From Squalus acanthias (lineage: Eukaryota), in assembly GCA_030390025.1 (NCBI GenBank), contig CM059425.1, forward strand, positions 171,432,001-171,496,000: DNA of 64,000 nucleotides, in the 5' to 3' direction. Below are positions 12,065 through 25,220 of this stretch, piece after piece. A program made the position numbers and the translations under genes. How positions within the stretch are numbered: the first letter of the stretch is position 1; each line of letters starts with the position of its first letter. Under the pieces are notes generated by a model. It saw nothing but the letters and a program-made list of their open reading frames with translations, was not told the DNA's origin and searched no databases.

Positions 12065-14097
12065 AGCCAACAGAGAGAGAAGTCATTCATTCCTGGAGGC
12101 TGGATTACAAAGAGGAGGAAATGATGCTTCAGTTGTACAAAGCCTTGGTCAAACCCCATCTGGAGTACTGCATTCAGTTTTGGACACCAAGGATATATTG
12201 GCCTTAGAGGGGATACAGTGTAAATTCACCAGAATGATACCAAGGATTAAAGGGATAAATTATAAGGACAGGTTGCATAAAGCTGGCTTGTACTACCTTG
12301 AATATAGAAGACTGAGGGGTGATCTGAGCACGGTGTTTAAAATGTTAAAAGTTTTCAATAGGGTAGATACAGAGATATATCCTTTGGTGAGGGCATCAAG
12401 AACGAAGGGGGATAATCTTAAAATTAGAGCTAGGCCATTTGGGAGGGATATCAGGAAGCACTATTTCACACAAAGGGTCATAGAAATTTGGAATTTTCTC
12501 TCCCAAAAGGCTGTGGACCCTGGGTCAATTCAAGTTTTCAAGATCGAAAGGGTGTAAAAGACAAACCCAGCAACTACAGGCCAGTCACTTTGACCTCGGT
12601 AGTGGGGAAGCTTTCAGAAACAGTAATCAGGGACAAAATGAATAGTCACTTGGACAAGTGCGGATTAATTAAGGAAAGTCAGCATGGATTTGTTAAAGGC
12701 AAATCAAGTTTAACTAACTTGATTGAGTTCTTTGATGAGGTAACAGAGAGGATTGATGAGGGCAATGTGGTTGATATGGTGTACATGGACTTCCAAAAGG
12801 CGTTTGACAACGTGCCACATAATAGGCTTGCCAGCAAAGTTGAAGCCCATGGAATAAAAGGGACAGTGGCAGCCTGGATACGGAATTGGCTAAGTGACAG
12901 GAAACAGAGAGTAGTGGTGAACGGTTGCTTTTTGGACTGGAGGAATGTATACAGTGGTGTTCCCCAGGGGTCGGTTCTAGGGCCACTGCTTTTCTTGATA
13001 TTTATTAATGACTTGGACTTGGGTGTACAGGGCACAATCTCAAAATTTGCAGATGACAGAAAACTTGGAAGTATAGTGTAACAGTGAGGAGGATAGTGAT
13101 AGACTTCAGGAAGAGAAACAGGTTGGTGAAATGGGTGGACACATGGCAGATGAAATTTAACGCAGAAAAGTGTGAAGTGATGTATTTTGGTCGAAAGAAT
13201 GAGGAGAGGACATATAAACTAAATGGTACATTCCTGAAGTGGGTACACAAACAGAGAGACCTGGGTGCACAAATCGTTGAAGGTGGCAGGGCAGGTTGAG
13301 AAAGCAGTTAAAAAGGCTTACGGGATCCTGGGCTTCAAGAAGAGAGGTATAGCGTACAAAAGTGTGGAAATTATGATGAACCTGTATAAAACACTGGTTC
13401 GGCCTCAACTGGAGTACTGTGTCCAATTCTGGGCACTTTAGGAAGGATGTGAAGGCCTTAGAGAGGGTGCAGAAAAGATTTACGAGAATGATTCCAGGAA
13501 TGAGAGACTTCAGTTACGTGGATAGACTGAAGAAGCTGGGGTTGTTCTCCTTGAAGCAGAGAAGATTGAGAGGAGATTTGATAGAGGTGTTCAAAATCAT
13601 GAGGGGGCTGGACAGAGAAGAGAGAGAGAAACTGTTCCCATTGGCAGAAGGGTCGAGAACCAGAGGACACAGATTTAAGGTGATTGGCAAAAGAACCAAA
13701 GGCGACGTAAGAAAAAACTTTTTTACGCAGCGAGTGGTTAAGATCTGGAATGTACTGCCTGAAAGGGTGGTGGAGGCAGATTCAATCACAGCTTTCAAAA
13801 GGGAGTTGGATAAGTATCTGAAGGAAATACATTTTCAGGGCTATGGGGAAAGGGCGGGGGAGTGGGACTAGCTGAAGTGATCTTGCAGAGAGCCGGCATG
13901 GGCTCGACGGGCCGAATGGCCTTCTTCAGTACTGTAACCATTCTGTGATTCTATGAAATCACTAGATGTTTGTCAGGTAAGGGTATCAAGGGATATGGAG
14001 CTAAAGCGGGTAAATAGAGTTGAGGTACAGATCAGCCATGATCAAATTGAATGGTACAGCAGGCTCGAGGGGTGGAATGGCCTGTTCCTATGTTCCT
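12065..14097 (+). mobile_element. Older CR1 3' fragment (12065-12549 and 13955-14097) split by a younger CR1
   Basis: ORF 12033-12557 breaks at ...FKIE and the sequence resumes as gaaatcactagatgtttg...gggtatcaagggatatgg with a gttcctatgttcc tail. Confidence 0.75.
12550..13954 (+). mobile_element. 5'-truncated CR1 LINE (RT to 3' end, frameshifted)
   Basis: ORFs 12488-13081 ([23 protein letters not shown]), 13084-13299 and 13419-13871. Tail attctgtgattctatg. Confidence 0.92.
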
Positions 14098-14179
14098 TCA
14101 GTGTGAACTGGTTGAAAGATGAGTGTGCCAAGCTATTCCGAAATTCAATCCTTTCCATGGGTACATTATAATAAACATG

Positions 14180-14720
14180 CTTTTTGAGCCTCGCCACATT
14201 TACAAGGCTCAAATCAGGAGTGTGATGGAATACTCACCGATCACCTGGATGGTTGCAGCCACAACACCACTCAGGAAGCTCAACACCATCCAGGACAAAG
14301 CTGTTCACTTGAATGGTGCCCGTCACTGCTCTCAACATCCACTCCCTCCACCACCAACGTACTGTGGCTGCAGTATGTGGAATCTAAAGGATGCACTGCA
14401 GCAACCACCAAAGTTACTTTGACAGCATCTCCCTCCACTGCGACCTCCATCACCCAGAAGAACAACGTTGTAGGAACACCATCACCTCCAAGTCACACAC
14501 CATCCTGACGTGGACATGTATCGCATATTTCCTTCATCGTTGTTGGGTCAGAATCCTGGAATTCCCCACCTAAGAGCATTGCGGGAGCAGTGTCACCACA
14601 AGGACTACAGTGGTACTACAAATAGGTCCTCCACCACCATCTTTTCAGAGCAACTAGGGATGGGCAATAAATGCGACCTTGCTGGTGTTGCCAACATTCC
14701 ATGGAACAAATTTTTAAAAG
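14180..14720 (+). mobile_element. L2/CR1-group LINE 3' fragment
   Basis: IYKAQIRSVMEYSPITW...LNTIQDKA. The 3' end reads gggatgggcaataaatgc. Confidence 0.75.
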
Positions 14721-14789
14721 TTGGTGTTTTAAAGTCCCATTAGCCATTCAAGCAGATAACAGTGTGGCAGCATTCAATCATCACTTCTT

Positions 14790-15838
14790 AAAAAATTCGT
14801 TCCTGGGATGTGGGTGTCGCTGGCAAGGCCAGCATTTATTGCCCATCCCTAAATGCCCTTGAGAATGTGGTGGTGAGCCGCCTTCTTGAAGCGCAGCAGT
14901 CCGTGTGGTGAAGGTACTCCCACAGTGCTGTTAGGTAGGGAGTTCCAGGATTTTGACCCAGTGATGATGAAGGAACGGCTTTATACTTCCAAGTCAGGAT
15001 GGTGTGTGACTTGGAGGGGAACTTGGAGGTGGTGGTGTTCCCATGCGCCTGCTGCCCTTGTCCTTCTAGGTGGTAGAGGTCACAGGTTTGGGAGGTGCTG
15101 TTGAAGAAACCATGGTGTGTTTCTATAGTGCATCTTGTAGATGGTACACATTGCAGCCACGATGCGCCAGTGGTGGAGGGAGTGAATGTTTAAGGTGGTG
15201 GATGGGGTGCCAATCAAGCGGGTTGCTTTGTCCTGGATGGTGTCGAGCCTCTTGAGTGTTGTTGGAGCTGCACTCATCCAGGCAAGTGGAGAGTATTCCA
15301 TCACACTCCTGACTTGTGCCTTTTTAGGTGGTGGAAAGGCTTTGGGGAGTCAGGAGGTGAGACACTCGCCGCAGAATACCCAGCCTCTGACCTGCTCTTG
15401 TAGCCACAGTGTTCTGGTCAATGGTGACCCCCCTAGGATGTTGATGTTGGGGGATTCGGCGATGGTAATGCCGTTGAATGTCAAGGGGCGGTGGTTGCAC
15501 TCTCTCTTATTGGAGATAGTCATTGCCTGGCACTTGTGTGGCACGAATGTTACTTGCCACTTATCAGCCCGAGCCTGAATGTCGTCCAGGTCTTGCTGCA
15601 TGTGGGCATGGGCTGCTTCATCATCTGATGATTGGCCTTCAACAACCACAACCATATTCCTTTGTGCTAGGTGTGACTCCAGCCAGTGGAAAGTTTTCCC
15701 CCTGATTCCCACTGACTTCAATTTTACCAGGGCTCCTTGATGCCACACTCGGTCAAATGCAGCCTTGATGTTAAGGGCAGTCACGCTCATCTCACCTCTG
15801 GAATTCAGCTCTTTTGTCCATGTTTGGACTAAGGCTGT
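14790..15838 (-). mobile_element. L2/CR1-group LINE 3' fragment with internal deletion
   Basis: ORFs 15350-15790 (ALNIKAAFDRVWHQG) and 15080-15304 (MEYSPLAWMSAAPTTLKRLDTIQDKA). Same family as 14180-14720. Confidence 0.85.
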
Positions 15839-16801
15839 TCTGACCTAGTCCCACCACCAAAACAGTCATGTAGTCATCACACACACAAAAAATGCATTTC
15901 AAAACCAATACATCTCACCTAAAAATAAATAAAATGAACCAATTTAATTGAGGAAACAAACTGAACTCATTAAAATTAAAACTTTATTTTGAAAGGACTG
16001 GTGAATGATTTACTCAGCTGATGATCAAAATTACCTGCCAGGTACCTGATAAATTGGCTGTCAATCAACACTAACTTGCAGACAGTCAGCATCTTCAGGG
16101 AATCATTCCTCAGGGAATTATGTTCTCCCTGCCAGACACGTTTAAATGCTTCCCCTCACACTAAGACTCAATTATCACAATGTTACAGTAATAATACTAC
16201 TAAGATTTTAACAGTAGATTACAGTAATATTAGCAAAGCAGTGTGAAAAAACCTACATAAAATTGTTTTAAATTATTTTTATTCCGTCTATAATTTACCT
16301 CTTCTTTTCCCATTCTCTTATTCTCTATTATTTCTCACCTATATATTCTATTTAACTTTTTTTTTTAAATCGATTTAAAAAAATAAATTTTCTACCTGTA
16401 TTTACTTCATTAACCTGCTTGCCTCTGTCTCAAGTGATTCTCCCCTATTCTCAAGCCCAGGGCCACCTCAGTTAAAATCAGTTTCTGATGGGCTAAAAAC
16501 CAGTTTGGAAACTCTGTTTTACCTATGAATAATATTTCATTAAAGTTTCACCTGATTTTACCATTAGGTTTAAGGTTTTCATGTGATGTCAGTGGCTGAA
16601 AATTGTTGGTGGCCCAAAGTTACATACCAAAGTAAATTATTCCATTGGTGACACTGGAAAAGTTGAGCACCAAATAACCTTTTAAAAAAAAATTAGCCTC
16701 CTGAAAGCTCACAGAAACATCTCATTTTTGTTTTATCCAAAATTTTATACTGGTGAGATGTGTGGTGCAATTCACAAAATGACGTGACAGCCAGCTACTA
16801 T

Positions 16802-17241
16802 GGCCCAAATATTTACAGGGGCGGGTTTTGTGAGCTGGGGTGGTTGGGGGGGGGGAAAGAGAGTTTTGGTCAGGCACTGTGCATCTATTTTTCAAGCAGG
16901 TTCCCCGCCTGGAAGCCAGCTTGATTGACAGGCTTGACTCCTTATCGGGTGGAGAACGCTCCGGAGGAGGAGGCCGCAGCCCAGGAGCAGGGACAGAGCC
17001 TTCAGCTGGGCTAGTGGTAGTGTGGCCCAGGAAACCAGCAGGCCAATGTTAAACCTTTAAGATAGGTTAATTCTGAGGCACGCAGCCTCATTATATTATT
17101 TAAATGTTGGTTGCCCACCACACCCCTCCCCATCCCGCGCCTGTTAAAACCGGAAGTGGGCGGGTTGGATTGAAGATTTGTTTAATTTTCACATCTCACC
17201 CAACTCAAACCCACCTGCTTTTGGGGGTTAAAATTCCCCCC
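16802..17241 (-). mobile_element. PIF/Harbinger-type MITE (family shared with 19171 and 21192)
   Basis: Reverse complement begins ggggggaattttaaccc...caggtgggtttg...acccgcccacttccggttttaacag, as at 19171. The other end is ggcc-type. Confidence 0.65.
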
Positions 17242-17404
17242 ATGTCTTTTTGATAAGATGTGAACATAGATAGCTTTATTTTAAAGACTATCTTCTTTGC
17301 TCTGGCAATGAATACCTCATTCACTTAAATTGGCCTTGGCATTTAAACATCACTAGATCCACATACTGCCTTATACACTCTTCACAACTTCATAATATAT
17401 GGGC

Positions 17405-17625
17405 AATAAAATCAAAAAGTGCTGGAAATACACAGTAAGTCTGTCAGCATCCAGAAAGAGAAAAGGCAAGTTAATGTTTTGGATTGAGATTCTTGTTAGA
17501 ATTCAATGCTAAAGGGTCACCCCTACAGCAGTTACCTGCCTTTACTTCTTTCAGATGCTGATGAACCTGCTGTGTATTTCCAGTATTTTTATTTTTCATT
17601 TTATATTGCCAGCATTTGCAATCCT
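17405..17625. mobile_element. Old palindromic Penelope terminal-repeat relic
   Basis: aaaagtgctggaaatacacag...cagcatc is inverted against gatgctg...ctgtgtatttccagtattttt. It resembles 59519-59598. Confidence 0.55.
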
Positions 17626-18499
17626 TTATCTTGATTGTAGGGAATTTTTCTGCAATTGATAAAAATAACTCAGTAAGACAGCAGGTCCTATATCAGGAAA
17701 CCAATATTCCTCAAGGGGCTCTGTTCCTCCACACACTCCATAGCAACAGCAAAATGTATTTTAAAACAATAAATGCCTGGGGCCTTTCATATATTTTCAA
17801 TACAATACTGAATACCTTTCAGTGAATTTATTCTTAGTTTTAGATGGGCAGTTTAATTCCTTTGAGAAATGGCCAGTATCCTTCTAACATAGTTGCATAA
17901 AGTTAAATTGTATCCGACTTTTGTCCTTAATATTTGTGTAAATCTCCCCTTGTCTCTGTCTCCTCTCTTCTGTATGTCTTACTCCTCTTCTTTTCGTATG
18001 TCTCTCACTCGATCTTTCACACACTGTCTTTCTGAATGCATGTCTGCTTGCTCTCTTTTTGCATGTCTCACACTTCCAAGCTTCCGATAGCCACTGAAAT
18101 TATGTTATCTCTCTGGATGCAGTTTCCCCATTCTTATTTCACTGAAATTTCTTGCCCTCCTATCTTCTTCAACGGTTTTCCCTCTCTTTTGCTTCTCTCT
18201 TCTTTGTTCTACCCATCTATGTCTCTCTCTGCCTGCTCCTTCTCTTTTCTCTCATTTCTTTTTCACTTGTCCTCTTTCTCCTCCTTTTTATTATGTTTCT
18301 GTAAGATATACATCACAAGGAGCAGAAAGAAGGCGGCCAGAGCTGTTGATGTTGGACTTGGACTGAGACCGAAACCACAAGGGAGTAAGGCTGGGCTACT
18401 GACTCAGCACAGATAGTTGGTGAGAGAAGGCCAGGGTTTCAGGAGCATAAACAGCAAGCCGGAGCCTAAGGGGCACAGATCATTATAAGAAGAAAAAAA

Positions 18500-18780
18500 A
18501 GGAAAGGACTTGCATTTATAGAGCACATTTCACGACCCAGAGCACTTAACAACCAAAGAAGTACTTTTGAAGTACGGTCACCAGGAAATGTGGCAGCCAA
18601 TTTGTACACAGCAAAGTCCCACAAACCAAGCAATGAGATATACGACCACTAATTTGTTTGTTAAGGGATAAATATTGGTCAGGACTCCAATTAGAACTTC
18701 TTTAAATAGTGCCGAGATCTTTTACGTCCACCTGAGAGGACAGACAGAGCCTCGGTTTAATGTCTTGTCCAAAAGACGGA
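18500..18780 (-). mobile_element. SacSINE1/DeuSINE-like SINE fragment
   Basis: Reverse complement of the body and tail of the SINE at 45655-46110. Confidence 0.7.
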
Positions 18781-19170
18781 AAATTATATGAAGAAAGAAG
18801 AGTGCGTTGAAGGCAGACAGCTGCACATATGCATTTTGCTTGTTAACACTAGGCCTTTAAGTATGGGGCAACAGGCGGCTGGGTAGGAAGCATGAAGAAT
18901 GACGGGCGTGGCTGTATCCAGAGTCTAAGATCTTCAAATGTGATGTCATTGTTGCAAGATTACAAATAGTAATCGGAAATGGATTATTGGGAAAAGACCT
19001 CCACATATAAACAGTGAATACAATACTACTTGTCTTACAAATCAACACCACTAAAAGTCTAGAGTAGTTTTGAAAGATGAAACAATATTTTAATTGAGTG
19101 AAAACAATTCAATTGAACACAACCACCACCTGTTCGTAAACATCACAAATTTGTCTCCCACACAAACGTA

Positions 19171-19989
19171 GGGGGGATTTTAACCTAAAAACAGGTGGGT
19201 TTGGAGCGTGGGGGTAGTTAAATTATTAAAAATGGGATTCCCGACCTGATCCCGCCTCCAACCCACCCACTTCCGGTTTTAACAGAGGCGGGATGGGCGG
19301 GGGGGGGGGGGGCTGGGGGGCGGACGACCAACCCGCTCCCAGGGGGTGGAACGTCAATTTAAATATTATAATGATGCTGGAAGCCTCTTTTTTAACCTCC
19401 ATTTTGTTATTAACTGCAAGTGGACGGGTTTCACACAATTTGTGAAAACCGGCAGTTAAAGCAAGACGGGGACTGCTGGATCCCGGAGGTAAGTGGCTTT
19501 ATACCTACCTCCTGGATCCAGGGTCCCTACCTAAACTACCACCCGTGATCGGAGATCCCTCCCCAGGCCACTGATTGCCTTACCAGGCCTCTCCCCCCAC
19601 CCACAGGCCTCCGATCACCTCCCCAGGCCATCCCCTGCAACGGTGATGCTGAGGCCAACCATGATCCTCCGGTGGTCGGCCCCGATTGTCTCTCTCCCCC
19701 AGCCCCCCATCTCTGCCCGACCTCCCCCAAGATCCGGTCCCTGGTCCTCTCCCCCATCCCCCCACCCATTGCCCGGCCCCCGGTCCTCACGCGAACCTTC
19801 CCTTTCAGTTCCGTGCGGCTGCAGGTCTACCCGGCAGCAGTCTCTCAATCTGGCTGGCAGCGGGCAGGAAACCGAGGCCTCACATGCCGTTAAAGTCGGC
19901 AGGGCCTGCGGGAAACCCAGCCTCCCGGGTTTCCCGACTGCATTGGAGCCCGCCTGCTCCCAACGTCCTTTTTCCAGAAAATTCCGGCC
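19171..19989 (+). mobile_element. GC-rich PIF/Harbinger-type MITE
   Basis: Ends ggggggattttaacc and gaaaattccggcc. Its first ~400 bp are highly similar to 21192-21600. Confidence 0.7.
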
Positions 19990-20267
19990 ATAGTCTTTGT
20001 CTCAACTTCATTCACGTCACTGATGCAATTCCCGCCTGTATTAGATGCTAATTTAAATATGCACCGACATGATATTCTAGGCATAAGTTAACACCTTTGA
20101 TCCTCATGTCGAAATCCAAATCCAGAGGCACTGAGCAACAGTCATGCACATCGCAAAGGAAGAAAAAAGGAATGCTAGAGAATCACCTGTCTGTGGTGAT
20201 AACCAGCTTCGGAATAACTAAGGCCTATAGCTGGCAATGCAGCTACCATTACCTGCAAATAAATAAA

Positions 20268-20931
20268 GGGCCGGATATTCCGATCCCTACGGCTGTGTAC
20301 CCACCCGTAGGGACATCGGAAATGCCGGTTTCAGGCATGCACTGCGCATGCGCTGGAAACCGGCATTTCCGATCTGTCAAGAAAGCTCTTGACAGATCCT
20401 CCACCTGCCCGGGAGAAGGGCCTCTGCGGGCGGATAGTTCCGCTTTTTGGAGACCCTCCGCCCGCAGAAAACCCTTACAATTATTGCGCCTGGTAAAAGC
20501 AGGTGTAAGGCCTGCTTTTAACAGGATAAGAGTTGAAAAAAGTTTTAAAAAAAAATTTCACTGATTTATCATTTAAAAATACTTTTGTTTAAAATAGTTA
20601 ATTTCTTGTAATTTCAAGTCATTTTAAAAATGTGATTTAAAAAAAAAATGTATTGAAAGTTTTACTATGTTTTGGGGGTGATCTCCATTCATATATTTGA
20701 CAGGTCTTCCTGTCAAGTGTATGAAGGGAGATTCCCATCTGTGATTGGCTCCCCATGGCCCACCTGATCCCAGGGACGCTGCGAACTACCTGCGCCTCTG
20801 GGATACGTGGGCCCTGCGCACCGGCAGTTTGGAGAGGCCCAGCATCGGAATTGTGCGCGTCCCGGGAGCGGGCGCAGATTTTTCCAGATCGCAGTCCTCC
20901 ACCGGAGGCCTGCGATCGGAATATCTGGGCC
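20268..20931. mobile_element. PIF/Harbinger-type MITE with 18-bp TIRs
   Basis: Left gggccggatattccgatc vs right reverse complement ggcccagatattccgatc (16/18). Flanks are A/T-rich. Confidence 0.75.
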
Positions 20932-21191
20932 AATGAGACTAAAACGGGCAAGGATGCAAAAATCTTAAATTGTGTGTGTGTCTATATGTATGTGCATATA
21001 CATACAGTGGAATCTTGTTAAATGCCAGTATAATGCCAGCTATTAGAGGATCTAGTGTCATTCTTTTTCTATAAAATTACAATACTTAATCACTAGACTG
21101 AGGAGGATGCAAAATCTGATTTTAAAAAAACAAACAAATAATAAGTGCTGAATTCAACTGAAAGACTCGATATTGCTATCACAAAATGACA

Positions 21192-21937
21192 GGGGGTAAT
21201 TTAAACCTAAAAATGGGGGTGGGTTTGGAGCGTGGGGGATAGTTAAATTGTTAAAAATGGGATTCCCGACCTGATCCCGCCTCCAACCCGCCCACTTCCG
21301 GTTTTATTGGTGGCGGGACGGGAAACAGGACAGGGGCGGGCAGCCAACCCTCTCCTAGGAGGCGGGACGTCAATTTAATTATAATGAGGCTGGAAGCCTC
21401 TTTTTTAACCTCCATTTTGTCTTTAACTGCATGTGGACAGCGTCGTTCACACAATTCGTGAAACCCGGCAGTTACAGCAAGGCGGGGACTGCTGGATCCA
21501 GGAGGTAAGTGCCCTTATACCAACCTCCTGGATCCAGTGTCCCAACCTAACCCACCCCCCGTGATCGGAGATCCCTCATGAGGCCTCCAATCACCTCCCA
21601 GGCCTCCCCCCACCCCGCACCGATGATGCTGAGGCTGGCCACGATCTTCTTTCCCCCCCCACGATCCTCCGGGGAACGGCCACAAACTTCCCTTCTCTCC
21701 CCGCCCCCCACAATCATCTGGTGGCCGGCCACGATCTGCCCTTCACACCCCCAATCATCTGGCCCTTATCCTCTCTCCCCCCGATCCCTGATCTTCTGCC
21801 CGACCTCCGATCCTCTGTCCGATGCCCCCCCGATCCTTTTAACGGCCCAGTCCCCACGTGAACCTGGCCTCCCGGGTTTCCCAACTGCTTCGGAGCCCCC
21901 CCTCCCCCAACCCGCCTTCCTCCTTAAAATCCAGCCC
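21192..21937 (+). mobile_element. GC-rich PIF/Harbinger-type MITE (paralog of 19171)
   Basis: Ends gggggtaatttaaacc and aaaatccagccc. It shares aaaatgggattcccgacctgatcccgcctccaaccc with 19171. Confidence 0.7.
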
Positions 21938-22164
21938 ACAGTCTCTGTTTTGGTGGAGAAAAAAAAGAGAATGCAGGAACAATTATCAACTTCAATGTAG
22001 TAAATTTAGTTGAGTAAACCTTGGCTTCATTTGATTGTATTGGATTTTTTTTCTTTGTCAGTGTCTCATTTTTCCATAACATTGTGGAAATGAGAAACTG
22101 AATATAATTTAGTCTTATAGCTATACTTAATCAGTGATGTAGCCAAATGTGACTCTAATATATT

Positions 22165-23075
22165 GCACAGTTGTGTCAGCGTTCCATTTGAACAACAACA
22201 ATGCTGCCGGGAAAGAACTCAACATTTCCTTCGGCGGAAGGTGACTTATCCATGAACCCCACCCAAAATACCTGGTGTCACCCTGGACAGGAGGCTCACC
22301 TATAAGCCTCATCTCGCCAATAACGGCCAAAAAGTAAAAACCAGGGTGAACCTGGTCCGGAAACTCGCTGGAACGTCATGGGAGAGCACAGCCAGACACT
22401 TCGAATCGCAACAGTGGCCCTCGTCTACTCTGCTGCAGAATACTGCTCCGCCTCATGGTCCTACAGCCGCCACACAAAGATCATGGACATGTAGCTAAAC
22501 GCCGCCATGAGGACAGTGTCAGGAATGCTCAAGTCCACTCCAACTGAGTGACTCCCAGTGCTGTCCCACATTGCCCTGCCTGCCATTTGCCGCGACGCCA
22601 CCGTGCTCCGTGAGATGGAAAAAATCATGAGCAACATCGACCTTCCCATGCCTTGAAAAACCCACCATAAAAGCGCTTAAAATCGCGCCAGCCATTCTGG
22701 GAAACAGCAGCCAATATTTATGAAGTTGGTAGCGACCCGCTATCCAGATGAATGGAATCGTGGGACACATGCAACATAAAGAATCAACACCTCATCAATA
22801 ACACAACAGCAGAGGTCCGTGGCTTCGACCTCCCTCGAAGACAGTGGACAGCGCTCAACCCAATCTGCACAGGACATGGATGATGCGGCCGTCTGATCCA
22901 CAAGTGGAAGGTAAGGGACGACCCGAAGTGTGACTGTGGCCATGAATCCCAGTCAACCTGCCCACTAAGATCTGTTGTGGGAGGCACCTCATTTCTCCAC
23001 TCGGCATTTCAGCAGGCCATCGAATGGATATGCAAACTAGATTTCCCATTATAAGCTTTTCCCATCATATGAAAC
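22165..23075 (+). mobile_element. Vingi/Ingi-like non-LTR retrotransposon 3' fragment (decayed)
   Basis: Manual translation across frameshifts: SAFHLNN...PKYL(G)VTLDRRLTYKPHL...VRKLAGTSW...ALVYSAAEYC...GFDLPRRQWTALN...KW...CDCG. Confidence 0.7.
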
Positions 23076-24100
23076 AGCAAACAAAATATATTGTACTCAA
23101 AACATAGCAAGTTACACCCAAGACAAAATAACACAAAAACAATCTTTTAAATGGACTACATTTTCCAAACCTTGAAAGAGAACCAAAAAGGGTTATGGCC
23201 TCCCTCTGGACTGCTACCGCTCAGAGTGCTGGCAGAAGGAAGGACATACACTCCAAAAGGTGTCAATCAAAATTAGTTAAAATATTACATTGCTTTAGTT
23301 GGGAGTAACGCAGACATAGTCTTCATTAGCAAGTCTTCCACTTAACTCCTGGCTCAAATAAACTGCAGCATAATTCTTTGAAACAATTACTTGGAGATTA
23401 ACAGCAGATAGACAGAATACTGGATGTTGACTAATTACTTTTTTAGATGGCCATAGGGAATTTGAATGGGCCTATTCTGTGTTAATCAGGATTAAAGAAA
23501 TACTGATGGAGGCAGACAGATGTATCGGCTGTGAGGTGTTGACATTAAATAGGCTTAGGGCCATCATTTATTGTTTATGATGGAAAACAGCTGGGGAAAT
23601 CAGCATAATACTTAAAAGCATGTTTTTGTTAAAGAAAAGGGAATTGGAGAAAAATTATTTCAAGAGTAATGTCACAGTGAACCTTTAGTAAGCATCTGAA
23701 TAAAGGAAATGATAATATTCAGACTGAGGCATCTGGGCACAGGACCCTAAGGTAGAAGCCTCAATATACGATCAATATGATGGTAAAACTGGACAGTAGA
23801 GAAAAGATTGACTCGTTTTGGGTCAGGCTGAAGATGACCCATATATTATGTCCTTACTGTGTGTTCACCAGGTATTTGTACATATAGTACATGTCAGTTT
23901 AGTCTTTATACTCTTCTTTTTAACACCAATTTGTAGAAACATTTCAACCAGGTGGTCACAGTATGCTTGAATCCCAGGCCAGTTGTCCTTCATACCACAG
24001 CCAGGAAGTGTTTTGTCAGTAGTTAGCAAGATTGCTAAGTGGAGCATTCTGCCTTGGGTAGAGGACACAGGCTTGATCGACTAACACAGATCCGTGACAT

Positions 24101-25220
24101 TAGCTAAAGTTGAAGCCCACGGAATTGAAGGCAAATTATTGACCTGGTTAGGAAATTGACTGGCCGGCTGGAGACAGAGAGTAGGGATAATGAGCAGGTA
24201 CTGTAATGGGCAGGATGTGACTAGTGGTGTCCCACAGGGATCTGTGTTGGGGCCTCAACTATTCACCGTATTTATTAACAACTTAGATGATGGGATGGAG
24301 AGCCACATATCCAAATTTGCCGATGGTAAAAAGATAGGTGGCATTGTAAGCAGTGTAGATGGAAACATAAAATTACAAAGAGATATTAATAGATTAAAGT
24401 GATTGGGCAAAAGTGTGGCAAATGGATTTCAATTTGGGCAAGTATGAGGTCATCCATGTTGAACCTAAAAAGGACAGGTCAGAGTACTTTCTAAATGGTG
24501 AAAAGCTAGAAACAGTGGAGGTCTAAAGAGACCTGTGGATCTATGTACATAGATCATTAAAATGTCATGGACAGGTACAGAAATCATTAAAAAGGCTAAT
24601 GGAATGCTGTCCTTTATATCTAGAGGACTAGAATACAAGGGGGTAGAAGTTATGCTACAGCTATACAAAGACCTGGAGTACTGTGAGCAGTTCTGGGCAC
24701 CACACCTTAGGAAGGATATATTGGCCTTGGAGGGAGTGCAGTGTAGGTTTACCAGAATGATACCCGGACTTCAAGGGTTAAATTACGAGGTGAGATTACA
24801 CAAATTAGGGTTATATTCGCTGGAATTTAGAAGGTTAAGTTGTGATTTGATCAAAGTTTTCACACTATTAAGGGGAACAGATATGGTAGAAAGAGAGAAA
24901 CTATTTCCACTGGTTGGGGATTCTAGGACTAGGGAATATAGCCTAAAAGTTAGAGCCAGACCTTTCAGGTGTGAAGTTAGGAAACACTTCTACACGCAAA
25001 GGGTAGTAGAAGTTTGGAACTCTCTTCCACAAATGGCAGTTGATGCGATGTCAATTGTTAAGTTTAAATCTGAGATTGATAGATTTTTGTTAACCAAAGG
25101 TATTAAAGGATATGGGGAAAAGGTGGATACATGGAGTTAGGTCACAGATCAGCCATGATCTCATTGGATGGTGAACAGGCTCGAGGGGCTAAATGGCCTA
25201 CTCCTGTTCCTATGTTCCTA
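24101..25220 (+). mobile_element. CR1 LINE 3' fragment
   Basis: ORFs 24190-24402 ([10 protein letters not shown]) and 24562-25140. Tail gttcctatgttccta. Confidence 0.9.

Noticed and set aside
17940..18300. 126-aa Ser/Leu/Phe-rich ORF
   Set aside because: Low-complexity pyrimidine-rich tract.
19536..20051. Overlapping Pro/Gly-rich ORFs
   Set aside because: By-product of GC-rich MITE sequence with no recognisable domain.
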